DNA of 64,000 nt. It comes from Acinetobacter phage ABPH49. Under the pieces are notes generated by a model that was not told the DNA's origin, ran no database searches, and saw only the letters and a program-made list of their open reading frames with translations. The DNA lies in sequence record MH533020.1. The stretch is one strand, 5' to 3'. Below, one piece after another: positions 17,937 through 24,977 of this stretch (position 1 is the stretch's first letter; the number at the start of each line of letters is the position of its first letter). The translations under genes and the position numbers were made by a program.

Positions 17937-18092
17937 TTACACACCCTCCCGAACATAAAATTTTGTGCCTGCTGGCAGGCGTTTGCCGTAGCCCTCTCGA
18001 TCTCTCAGTCGCTGGCGGGCTTCTTTCTCATTGTGGCCGTGAACCTTGAGGGGGTGAGCCACGCCGGGGATATTTACAAAATAGTGTTTCAT
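17937..18092 (-). CDS. hypothetical small protein (~51 aa; MKHYFVNIPG)
   Basis: internal ATG with AAAAGG RBS. Confidence 0.45.
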   Translation of the reverse strand: MKHYFVNIPGVAHPLKVHGHNEKEARQRLRDREGYGKRLPAGTKFYVREGV

Positions 18093-18094
18093 AG

Positions 18095-18202
18095 TTACCA
18101 GCCTTTTACAATTGCGATTGCTGCACATGATACCAGAGCAACCAGAGTGAAGAAAACAGCGCCGATCGCGCTAACAGGTACTTGTGTCAATTCATAAGTC
18201 AT
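18095..18202 (-). CDS. small membrane peptide (~35 aa)
   Basis: not in track; AAGGAAATG; downstream of promoter 18254-18282. Confidence 0.35.
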   Translation of the reverse strand: MTYELTQVPVSAIGAVFFTLVALVSCAAIAIVKGW

Positions 18203-18253
18203 TTTACATTTCCTTGTCGGTTTGGTCGGGGCCTTTCCCGTCCTGATGTAAGT

Positions 18254-18282
18254 AATATACACCTACTCGATCGGGGTGTCAA
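18254..18282 (-). promoter_or_regulatory. sigma70 promoter TTGACA-N17-TATATT
   Basis: consensus hexamers with ideal spacing on the minus strand. Confidence 0.6.
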
Positions 18283-18306
18283 CAAGGAAACAGAAAATAA
18301 TTTAGA

Positions 18307-18531
18307 TTATTTTCGTGTGACTCGGATCGCCGTAAAAATCTGCTTTCCCTCTTCACAGATCAGGATCTGCGAGGTACTAACCCGGATACCTTCACGCGAT
18401 GCCGTAGCTGTCAGCGAGCTAACCGCCTGCGCGTAGGTTTTTGGAGCCTCCACAAAATAAACCAGTGAATAGCCTAGCTGTTGCGCCTTCAGGTGGCGGA
18501 TAAAAGCGGTTAGACTAAGAATGTTTTCCAT
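18307..18531 (-). CDS. hypothetical protein (74 aa)
   Basis: ORF; AAAGGTAA RBS. Confidence 0.5.
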   Translation of the reverse strand: MENILSLTAFIRHLKAQQLGYSLVYFVEAPKTYAQAVSSLTATASREGIRVSTSQILICEEGKQIFTAIRVTRK

Positions 18532-18589
18532 CGTGTCGCATTACCTTTGTTTGTGGGTCAAAAGCGGCCCGTGTGGGCCGCTACGCTGT

Positions 18590-18730
18590 TTAATCCTTCA
18601 GGCCTTCCCAGTGCCACGCCTTGCCGCGTTGCGTCTTGTTGGCCTTGCTACGCTTAACCTTGTCGCGGTCGTGGTAGCCAAATTTTTCTTTGCTTGCCGC
18701 GTTGCGGGTTACTGCATTGTTGGTGATCAT
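18590..18730 (-). CDS. highly basic small protein (~46 aa)
   Basis: internal ATG with AGGATAA RBS. Confidence 0.4.
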   Translation of the reverse strand: MITNNAVTRNAASKEKFGYHDRDKVKRSKANKTQRGKAWHWEGLKD

Positions 18731-18740
18731 GCTTATTATC

Positions 18741-19046
18741 CTATTTGTTTGATTTAAGTTCAAGTGCATAACGGCGATCAATCTCATCCTGCACCAGTTC
18801 CAACGATTGGCGGGTGTAATGGTATAGCACCTCGCCGCCTAACTTCTCGAGCCGGGACAATACTGCATCGGCTACGAATTCATTTAACGCGCCGTTTTCC
18901 CGCGTGGTGTACACATCACCAAACAACTCATATTCAATATAATGAAACACTTTATGCTTTCTCCGCATAAGCTCCCGTTTGATGAGGGGCGGCGCATAGT
19001 ACGCCACCACCGCCACGGCCGCAAGGCCTGTTATCATATCAATCAT
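18741..19046 (-). CDS. hypothetical protein (101 aa), N-terminal TM
   Basis: ATGA overlap with upstream gene. Confidence 0.55.
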   Translation of the reverse strand: MIDMITGLAAVAVVAYYAPPLIKRELMRRKHKVFHYIEYELFGDVYTTRENGALNEFVADAVLSRLEKLGGEVLYHYTRQSLELVQDEIDRRYALELKSNK

Positions 19047-19461
19047 TCATCGCGTCATCCAGTAAACGGGCGATATCTTCCACGATGACGGCGCAGATCG
19101 TCCAGCTGATTACCTCCCAATCATCACCCTTTTGAGCATAGAGCGCCTTGCCGATTTCGTCAAGGTTGAAGTCCGCCAAGCCTCGGCACTCTTTGAGCAT
19201 TTCCAGAGATGATCCGTTGCCACAGTTTGCGGCCAGATTGGACAAATGATCTTGCACCTGATCCGCATACTTTTTGAGGAAAGCGCCGCACTCAGTATAG
19301 TAAATGAAACTTGTACCGCCTGCCGCGCCGTGGTTGGCGATGTCTGAAGCTTTCTCCTTGAAGTCTGCCCAGCTGCCGTGCACATTGGCAACCGCGCGGA
19401 TCAGTTTTGCATTCAGAGCGTTGTCAGTAACAAAAGATTTCAGAGTGATATTCTTAGCCAT
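19039..19461 (-). CDS. hypothetical protein (140 aa)
   Basis: AAGGTAAA RBS; promoter 19535-19562 upstream. Confidence 0.6.
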   Translation of the reverse strand: MAKNITLKSFVTDNALNAKLIRAVANVHGSWADFKEKASDIANHGAAGGTSFIYYTECGAFLKKYADQVQDHLSNLAANCGNGSSLEMLKECRGLADFNLDEIGKALYAQKGDDWEVISWTICAVIVEDIARLLDDAMND

Positions 19462-19534
19462 GATATTTACCTTATATAAAATGCCTGTCGGCGGTTGTTT
19501 GGGTTAGGGTGTTTCCCTTCCCCTGATGCCACCT

Positions 19535-19562
19535 ATTATAGGGCGGCACCGGGAAGAGTCAA
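19535..19562 (-). promoter_or_regulatory. sigma70 promoter TTGACT-N16-TATAAT
   Basis: minus-strand consensus. Confidence 0.6.
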
Positions 19563-19571
19563 CAACTATTT

Positions 19572-19937
19572 TTAATTTTCTTCGTCTTCCTCTTCGTTTT
19601 CCAACTCTTCGATCTTCTCTTCCAGATCGCTGATCTCGTTTTCTAATTCCTCTTCCTCTTCCATTAAGCCCTTATAATCCTCCTCGTCCTCTTTATCAAG
19701 GCTGTCGGTCCAGTCATTCAGGCCGCCACGGAAAGCGGTCGGGTCCAGCTGTTGGAGCGCGTAGCCCGTGTTGTAGGTTCCACCGGCGATCTCAACCGTC
19801 CCGTAGACCTCATCAAGATACTCCATGTAATCCTCATCGCTGCGGCTGATTTCGTAGGATTCCATTTCAGCCTGTTTTTCCTTCAGGTTATTGCGGGCGA
19901 TGATCAGTTGAGCGTTCAAAGTTTCGATGTTAGCCAT
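19572..19937 (-). CDS. acidic coiled-coil protein (121 aa, E/D-rich)
   Basis: downstream of promoter plus conserved hairpin; strong composition bias. Confidence 0.6.
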   Translation of the reverse strand: MANIETLNAQLIIARNNLKEKQAEMESYEISRSDEDYMEYLDEVYGTVEIAGGTYNTGYALQQLDPTAFRGGLNDWTDSLDKEDEEDYKGLMEEEEELENEISDLEEKIEELENEEEDEEN

Positions 19938-19958
19938 TATATTTATCTCTCATATTGT

Positions 19959-20019
19959 GGCGGGAACCATTCTCGCCTTGATGTGTCGTATCTTACTACT
20001 ACCTGTTTTGCGTGTCAAA
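19959..20019 (-). promoter_or_regulatory. promoter TTGACA-N18-TAAGAT plus conserved 5' hairpin (copy 3, one mismatch)
   Basis: hairpin GGCGGGAA-CCA-TTCTCGCC at 19959-19977. Confidence 0.5.
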
Positions 20020-20026
20020 CTTATTT

Positions 20027-20221
20027 TTAAATCTTTTTGCCTTGCCAATCAAACTTGAAAATCACTTTTAAATCAGGGCCTAGCAGGTTTCCGGCGGCAC
20101 TCAGTGCGGCGATCCGCTGGCTGGCTTCTTTCTCTATGTCGTTAAGAGTCTTTACCTCGCCTTTGTGGTTTACCGGCTGTATATACAAAACCGGCCCCGT
20201 TGATAAGCTTATGCTGTACAT
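20027..20221 (-). CDS. hypothetical protein (~64 aa; MYSISLSTG)
   Basis: AAGGAGG RBS before internal ATG. Confidence 0.55.
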   Translation of the reverse strand: MYSISLSTGPVLYIQPVNHKGEVKTLNDIEKEASQRIAALSAAGNLLGPDLKVIFKFDWQGKKI

Positions 20222-20541
20222 TGTGAAACCTCCTTGAACCGTGCGGCCTCGTCTGGGTGTGCGTAGCGACCGAGGCCTATCACATACTCCCAATTTTCGG
20301 CAGTCATTACAAAAGTTTGGTGACGGCGGTCAAGTATGCCGCTTAATGCCGCCTGATCATTATAGACCGTTGGGCTTTTTGCGTCGATAACATAGCGGTT
20401 TAAGCTTGCCGCCTCGCCAGCCGTCAACACGTGGCCGGTATAACATGTATAACCCTCACAAAGCGGGTTTTTAGCCAAGTGATCGACCCGGCCTTGTAAA
20501 GACTCCAAAGAAGGGAGATCAGGATTCTGATTGTATTTCAT
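20209..20541 (-). CDS. hypothetical protein (110 aa)
   Basis: GAGG RBS. Confidence 0.6.
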   Translation of the reverse strand: MKYNQNPDLPSLESLQGRVDHLAKNPLCEGYTCYTGHVLTAGEAASLNRYVIDAKSPTVYNDQAALSGILDRRHQTFVMTAENWEYVIGLGRYAHPDEAARFKEVSQCTA

Positions 20542-20606
20542 AGTTTAACCTCGTGTCAACAAAACTTTTATGAGTGGGACCAGACAAGATCCCACTGGTA
20601 AAAGCC

Positions 20607-20786
20607 TTAGTGACGGTTTAAGCTCAAAGTGCCGCCGGTATGGGTTAGGCCCACCGTCCAGCCGTCGCGGCCCTTAACCGGTTGTTTGGTTTTGCCGCCT
20701 ACCTTGCGGAGGATAGCCGCTTCTTTGCGGGCCTGTTCGCGGGTGGTGTGAGTTGCGCCGATAGTAACGATAGTAACGTTTTTCAT
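20607..20786 (-). CDS. hypothetical basic protein (59 aa; MKNVTIVTIGATH...)
   Basis: not in track (the plus-strand shadow ORF 20682-20879 is listed instead); RBS AAAGGAAAGG; follows promoter plus hairpin. Confidence 0.5.
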   Translation of the reverse strand: MKNVTIVTIGATHTTREQARKEAAILRKVGGKTKQPVKGRDGWTVGLTHTGGTLSLNRH

Positions 20787-20806
20787 AATGCCTTTCCTTT
20801 TGGTCT

Positions 20807-20866
20807 GGCGGGAACCATTCCCGCCTTGATATTGAGTATATTAGATTATCTTGTTTTGCCTGTCAA
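20807..20866 (-). promoter_or_regulatory. sigma70 promoter TTGACA-N17-TAATAT plus conserved 5' hairpin (copy 4)
   Basis: -35 at 20861-66, -10 at 20838-43, hairpin 20807-20825. Confidence 0.6.
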
Positions 20867-21216
20867 CCGATCATTTTAGTTTTTACTGAAATTTTCGGGT
20901 GTGGAAGGATCGACCCGTCCAGCAATTCCCCGCCTGCGTGGCGCTGGCGGAAGCGATCCACAAAGTTCAACAATTCGGTATAGCTCGAGATCCTGCCGCG
21001 TGCTGATCTGTTTAGCCCTGCGTACTTAGGATCCCCATGAGACGATGATACGGTCGCCACGCGGCCCGGGGTGATAGGTTGGAAGTATACCGCACGCGCG
21101 GCGCGGATTGACTCAATACCCGGGGCGGCTTTCTTGGCTACGGTTTCGCCATGCTTTACAAACAAGATCTTGTTAAGTTCTGGGGCGTAGGCGTGGATCT
21201 CGATAACCATTTTCAT
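20863..21216 (-). CDS. hypothetical protein (117 aa)
   Basis: downstream of promoter plus hairpin; AGGTAA RBS. Confidence 0.6.
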   Translation of the reverse strand: MKMVIEIHAYAPELNKILFVKHGETVAKKAAPGIESIRAARAVYFQPITPGRVATVSSSHGDPKYAGLNRSARGRISSYTELLNFVDRFRQRHAGGELLDGSILPHPKISVKTKMIG

Positions 21217-21238
21217 CTGTCATTACCTTTTTGATTTT

Positions 21239-21297
21239 GGCGGGAACCATTCCCGCCGCTTGATAACTAATTTACGCCCTTATCTTGTTGGCGTCAA
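21239..21297 (-). promoter_or_regulatory. sigma70 promoter TTGACG-N17-TAAATT plus conserved 5' hairpin (copy 5)
   Basis: -35 at 21292-97, -10 at 21269-74, hairpin 21239-21257. Confidence 0.6.
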
Positions 21298-21305
21298 CTA
21301 CTATT

Positions 21306-21596
21306 TTAAATCTTTTTTACGTCTTTTCCTGCAACAACCCGGACACGTGCGCCGGGGTGGCGGGCCTGATACGTGGCCGCGCCGTCTTCGCATTCGCGCT
21401 TTGTTCCCACGTGGATTACAGATATTTCCCCGTCCAGCTTATCAGTGGTTACGGCGGCGTGCGACCGGTCAACGGACAACCATCCCGCCTCGAAAGCTGC
21501 GATATTTTCCGCCTTGTTGTAGCGGCTTTTCATGATCAGGCCTTGGCGGGCACACTTCACGCCATACTGATAAGCCGGGGTGTTTACGTCGATCAT
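21306..21596 (-). CDS. hypothetical protein (96 aa)
   Basis: AAGGAG RBS. Confidence 0.65.
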   Translation of the reverse strand: MIDVNTPAYQYGVKCARQGLIMKSRYNKAENIAAFEAGWLSVDRSHAAVTTDKLDGEISVIHVGTKRECEDGAATYQARHPGARVRVVAGKDVKKI

Positions 21597-21610
21597 TTTG
21601 CATTTCTCCT

Positions 21611-21901
21611 TTACAGTATGCGGGAACCTTTGAATCTAAGAATGTAGCGTTCTGTTTTGGCCGCGATGTTTTCCACCGTCTGGCGGTCATAGCCTTGGAT
21701 CTGGATGTAACAACATACCGGCGTGTTGTATGTTTCGATATCTACCAGACATGGCGGAAGGAAACCATTTACCGGCGGAAACTTTTTCCTGATCGTGTCG
21801 TGGAATTTTTCCGCCGCGTCTAGGACCTGATCAACCTCGAGATTTTCGCCCGGCTCAAAGTCTATACTACAGCGGTAAATGGTTTCAATTGTGCTTTTCA
21901 T
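21611..21901 (-). CDS. hypothetical protein (~96 aa; start MKSTIETIY)
   Basis: internal ATG; upstream extension is unsupported. Confidence 0.5.
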   Translation of the reverse strand: MKSTIETIYRCSIDFEPGENLEVDQVLDAAEKFHDTIRKKFPPVNGFLPPCLVDIETYNTPVCCYIQIQGYDRQTVENIAAKTERYILRFKGSRIL

Positions 21902-21910
21902 TGTCTGGCC

Positions 21911-22063
21911 TTTATCGGGTTTCGATATGCTCCATTCTAAGCCACGGCCCGGCGTTGTCAACTTCTTTTTTAATCAGCGCTTTGGCCTCAACCGCCGATC
22001 CGGCCTTGATCCATTGCCGCCCGTAGTGCTGGCCGACTTGCCAGCGGATCAAATATTCTTTCA
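21911..22063 (-). CDS. hypothetical small protein (~50 aa; MKEYLIRWQVGQHYG)
   Basis: not in track; GAGGGCAACAAAATG. Confidence 0.35.
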
Positions 22064-22074
22064 TTTTGTTGCCC

Positions 22075-22380
22075 TCATCTTAATTGTGAATCTTTAGACC
22101 CGCGCCGGTTGTACGTTGACGCGATCGCCCGATCGTGGTCCTGTTGGCACGTGATGCAATACCGGCAACCCGGCACGGCCGCCCGGCGGCGCTCTGGTAT
22201 AGGCTCCCCGCAATCGTCACAGTGAGTTAATGATTCACCCCGGCGGATCTGGGACCGTGCAAAATCGATCGCGTTGTCTATTGTTGCTTGGATCATGTTT
22301 AGATGATCGTCAGCACCTGCAAAACCACTAGCCATAAAATAGAGTCCCTTGTAAAGTTTCGGACAGTCTACGCCAGCCAC
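22075..22380 (-). CDS. TraR/DksA-family C4 zinc-finger protein
   Basis: CDDCGEPIPERRRAAVPGCRYCITCQ matches the TraR/DksA C4 zinc-finger signature; start uncertain (22380 or ~22335). Confidence 0.6.
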   Translation of the reverse strand: MAGVDCPKLYKGLYFMASGFAGADDHLNMIQATIDNAIDFARSQIRRGESLTHCDDCGEPIPERRRAAVPGCRYCITCQQDHDRAIASTYNRRGSKDSQLR

Positions 22381-22416
22381 CGGAGCAAAGCAAGCAAAAA
22401 TATTTTAATTTTGTTG

Positions 22417-22444
22417 TTGACTGCTGCAACACAGGGCCTATAAT
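22417..22444 (+). promoter_or_regulatory. sigma70 promoter TTGACT-N16-TATAAT (plus strand)
   Basis: perfect -10; drives the small plus-strand gene at 22476. Confidence 0.6.
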
Positions 22445-22475
22445 GGAGGTACAAACAACGCGGAGAATTGAAACA

Positions 22476-22685
22476 ATGTTGAACCTTGACCAGTTGAAAG
22501 CAGCAATAAATAACGGGGAGCTTGAAACGGCTTACAAGGATTGCCGCCGGTACGGGGTGATAACCTCCAAAGAGGATCGCCAGTGGTTTGGCGACATTAT
22601 CACCACGGTTTGGATAAGTTATCTGGGTAGGCCCTTTAAATTCTCCTTGCGGTTAGGTGTGGTAACGGCGGCAACTCTTTATTAA
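22476..22685 (+). CDS. hypothetical protein (69 aa), the only plus-strand gene inside the left arm
   Basis: promoter upstream, GGAG RBS, terminator hairpin downstream. Confidence 0.5.
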   Translation: MLNLDQLKAAINNGELETAYKDCRRYGVITSKEDRQWFGDIITTVWISYLGRPFKFSLRLGVVTAATLY

Positions 22686-22697
22686 ATTGTGTTGACA

Positions 22698-22726
22698 ACC
22701 CAGCGCAAGCTGGGTTATTCTGTTGT
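22698..22726 (+). terminator. rho-independent terminator ACCCAGC-GCAA-GCTGGGT plus T-rich tail
   Basis: 7-bp stem, GCAA loop, TATTCTGTTGT tail. Confidence 0.5.
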
Positions 22727-23027
22727 CAGCAGGAAACGCCACCCCACGGCGAAAAGGCGGGGCTAACGCAGCCGGGCACGGCGCGGAAGGTTAATCGCCG
22801 GTAGCTCGTCCAAAATTTCTTTTGTAAAGATTGAGAAAAAGCTTGATCGTGGGTGTGAGTGTGCTATTCTTATCACATGGCACCGGATGACGGGGAAGAC
22901 AAACACCACCCCTGCCTGTCATTCTGCAAACGAGAATGATTATCATTCAACATCCTAAATGAGAACCATTCTCATCCCGACCGGGAGAGATCTAGACCGA
23001 AAAACTGATTTACAAAAACAGGATACC

Positions 23028-23240
23028 CTAGAAAAATTTTTCGCCCTCCCCTCTTCTGATATAATACGATCGGAAATTTAAAAAATCGATCGAGATCCTA
23101 AAAATTTTTCGCCCTGCCCTTCTGTAGATTACGAAACCGAAAATGAAAAACCGATCGAGTACCAGAAAATTTTTTCGCCCTCCCCTGCCCGGGGTATTTC
23201 GATCTCGATTTTGAAAAACCGATCGAGAACTCAAGTTTTT
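23028..23240. repeat. three-plus tandem direct repeats of ~67 bp
   Basis: each unit carries TTTTTCGCCCT(C/G)CCC and AAAAACCGATCGAG; the units start near 23028, 23097 and 23162, in a 1.1 kb non-coding region. Confidence 0.6.
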
Positions 23241-23471
23241 TTTAATCCCACGAGGTTGGTAGGAGCGGGCCGATGGAGACCCTTCCGGTGGGTCAAGGTG
23301 TTGGGATACGTGGCGAAGTTATCCACACTTGGAGGTAAGTGGGTGGTAAGCTGTAGGTGGATGGAGGCCCTGAGTGGGTGATTACCGGCAACCGAGTGGC
23401 CGCCGGGATCTCAATTTGAATCTCGATTTGGATTTGATTTTGATTCAGGTTTTATAATATCCTGAAAAATA

Positions 23472-24251
23472 TCAAATATCTCCAAATATCTTGTCGAGAT
23501 TGTACTGGTGGGACGGGTAAATCATCTGGAAAAGATCTCCCTCTTCTTTCGTAGGCTTCGTCCAGTCAACAAATATCTTCTTCACCTCTGCGATAGGGAT
23601 CGTTAAATATCCGCTATCACCGGGCAGCTGCATCCCGACCTTACCCTCTGTAAGGTTCAACACACATCCATTGCGGTAAACGTAGAAGCCGTGGCCGCAC
23701 CACACGGCACGAATACCCTGCACTGGGTCCATGATCTGATACTCACCACGCTTCAAGTCAGGGTACATGGTGCAACGCCTCAGGCCGAGCGACGTAATTA
23801 CCTCAACAAACAACGGGGCGACTTTATGTGCGGCTATGTGGGAATCAACAGTCATGGCGTATGGGAGGTTTCTAGTAAGTTCTTCCCTCATGTGGGTCAC
23901 CATAATCTTCAGCTGTTCCAGAGACAGCTCGTCAAGGTCTGGTTCCTCATGTAAGCCGCCTGACGCCTCTAGGGCACATACCACGTCATGGCGGAAGTCA
24001 TCCATCTTCTCGTAGACTTTGTCGTGGTACTCCATGAAGTCACTGAAGTCGGGGGCCGAAAGGCTGTTAAGCTCCTTCACCAATGGGTGCACGTCATCAA
24101 GATCATCAGCATTATCGAGATTGTTGGCAATCGTGGCAATCTCCGACATCAGGTCATCCGCACTCGGAGAGGCTGGAGTCTTGCAATTGTAATTGGCATA
24201 GTATTCGGTAACACCCAATACGTGATCCATAGTGATATGGTTTAGTGGCAC
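23472..24251 (-). CDS. hypothetical protein (~259 aa; GTG start)
   Basis: GGAGG RBS 5 nt before an in-frame GTG (MPLNHITMDH); the upstream part of the track ORF is low-complexity. Confidence 0.55.
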   Translation of the reverse strand: MPLNHITMDHVLGVTEYYANYNCKTPASPSADDLMSEIATIANNLDNADDLDDVHPLVKELNSLSAPDFSDFMEYHDKVYEKMDDFRHDVVCALEASGGLHEEPDLDELSLEQLKIMVTHMREELTRNLPYAMTVDSHIAAHKVAPLFVEVITSLGLRRCTMYPDLKRGEYQIMDPVQGIRAVWCGHGFYVYRNGCVLNLTEGKVGMQLPGDSGYLTIPIAEVKKIFVDWTKPTKEEGDLFQMIYPSHQYNLDKIFGDI

Positions 24252-24355
24252 AAAACCTCCTGTACGCCATTCTAAAGACGTTGATTGTTTACTGGTGTGG
24301 TTGGATGGGTTGGGGGTTGAAAGTTGAATAGCGGCCCGCAGGGGCCGCACAGAAG

Positions 24356-24658
24356 CTACAGCAGGTACGCCACCAACCAGCACCGGGTCTTCATGAACTC
24401 AAGGGTCCAATCAACCGCTTCGTTGAACTCCGCGACGTGCTCGGCGCTGGCGCTGATCCGAAGGATATTGAAGGTATTATCGTCAACATCCAGAGTCACG
24501 TGACTGTTGAAGTCCTGACTCTCAAATTCGGCAACCACCAAATCTTCCATCTCAGCGTTGTCCGACCAAACGTTTTCAGGGTCGGTGCTCTCGAATGCCA
24601 GCCGGGCGGTAGAGATTATCGACTTGATCCCGAGATCTTTTCTTTCGTGATGTTTCAT
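24356..24658 (-). CDS. acidic hypothetical protein (100 aa)
   Basis: GGGGAGAAC RBS. Confidence 0.6.
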   Translation of the reverse strand: MKHHERKDLGIKSIISTARLAFESTDPENVWSDNAEMEDLVVAEFESQDFNSHVTLDVDDNTFNILRISASAEHVAEFNEAVDWTLEFMKTRCWLVAYLL

Positions 24659-24666
24659 GTTCTCCC

Positions 24667-24816
24667 CTATCGATGCAGGATGTATGCGAAGTACGCGCTG
24701 TTGCGGTTGGCCTTCACGCCATAATACGCCTCATGCCCGTAGCCAAACAGCCAGCCGGTGACGATCAGGATGTACTCCCACATCTTCCAGCGTGCTTTGA
24801 GTGCCAGCTTTTTCAT
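24667..24816 (-). CDS. small membrane protein (~49 aa; MKKLALKARWKMWEY...)
   Basis: not in track; GGAGGGG RBS; ATGA overlap. Confidence 0.4.
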   Translation of the reverse strand: MKKLALKARWKMWEYILIVTGWLFGYGHEAYYGVKANRNSAYFAYILHR

Positions 24817-24977
24817 TTCCCCTCCGGGTGGTTGATTGTCGTCAATGTCTCACCCAGAGTCCGGGCCAGCTGCTCACGGAGTTGTTGGGTGCCTTGGTAT
24901 TTCACGGCCGTGTCACGGAGCCTGTTTACAAGCTCCCGAAACACGTGCGGCTTTACGTGGGTCTTAGTCTCGTTCAT
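24813..24977 (-). CDS. hypothetical small protein (~54 aa; MNETKTHVKPHVF...)
   Basis: not in track; AAAGAAAG RBS. Confidence 0.35.
   Translation of the reverse strand: MNETKTHVKPHVFRELVNRLRDTAVKYQGTQQLREQLARTLGETLTTINHPEGK

Noticed and set aside
22698-22726. Hairpin ACCCAGC-GCAA-GCTGGGT initially read as part of a TTGACA...TTATTC promoter
   Set aside because: It sits immediately after the stop of the small plus-strand gene 22476-22685 and is followed by a T-rich tail, so a terminator is the simpler reading.
22740-22830. Possible tRNA in 22740-22830 and in other intergenic regions (7500-8700, 11100-11400, 12540-12740)
   Set aside because: No segment gives a 7-bp acceptor stem plus a GTTCGAATC-like T-loop and anticodon arm. 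The GGTTAATCGCC at ~22790 does not complete a cloverleaf.
23028-23240. CRISPR array interpretation of the 67-bp tandem repeats
   Set aside because: Only three units. The conserved parts are split into two blocks with degenerate spacers of different lengths, they are AT-run-rich, and there is no cas gene or leader. This is more consistent with iterons or regulatory repeats.
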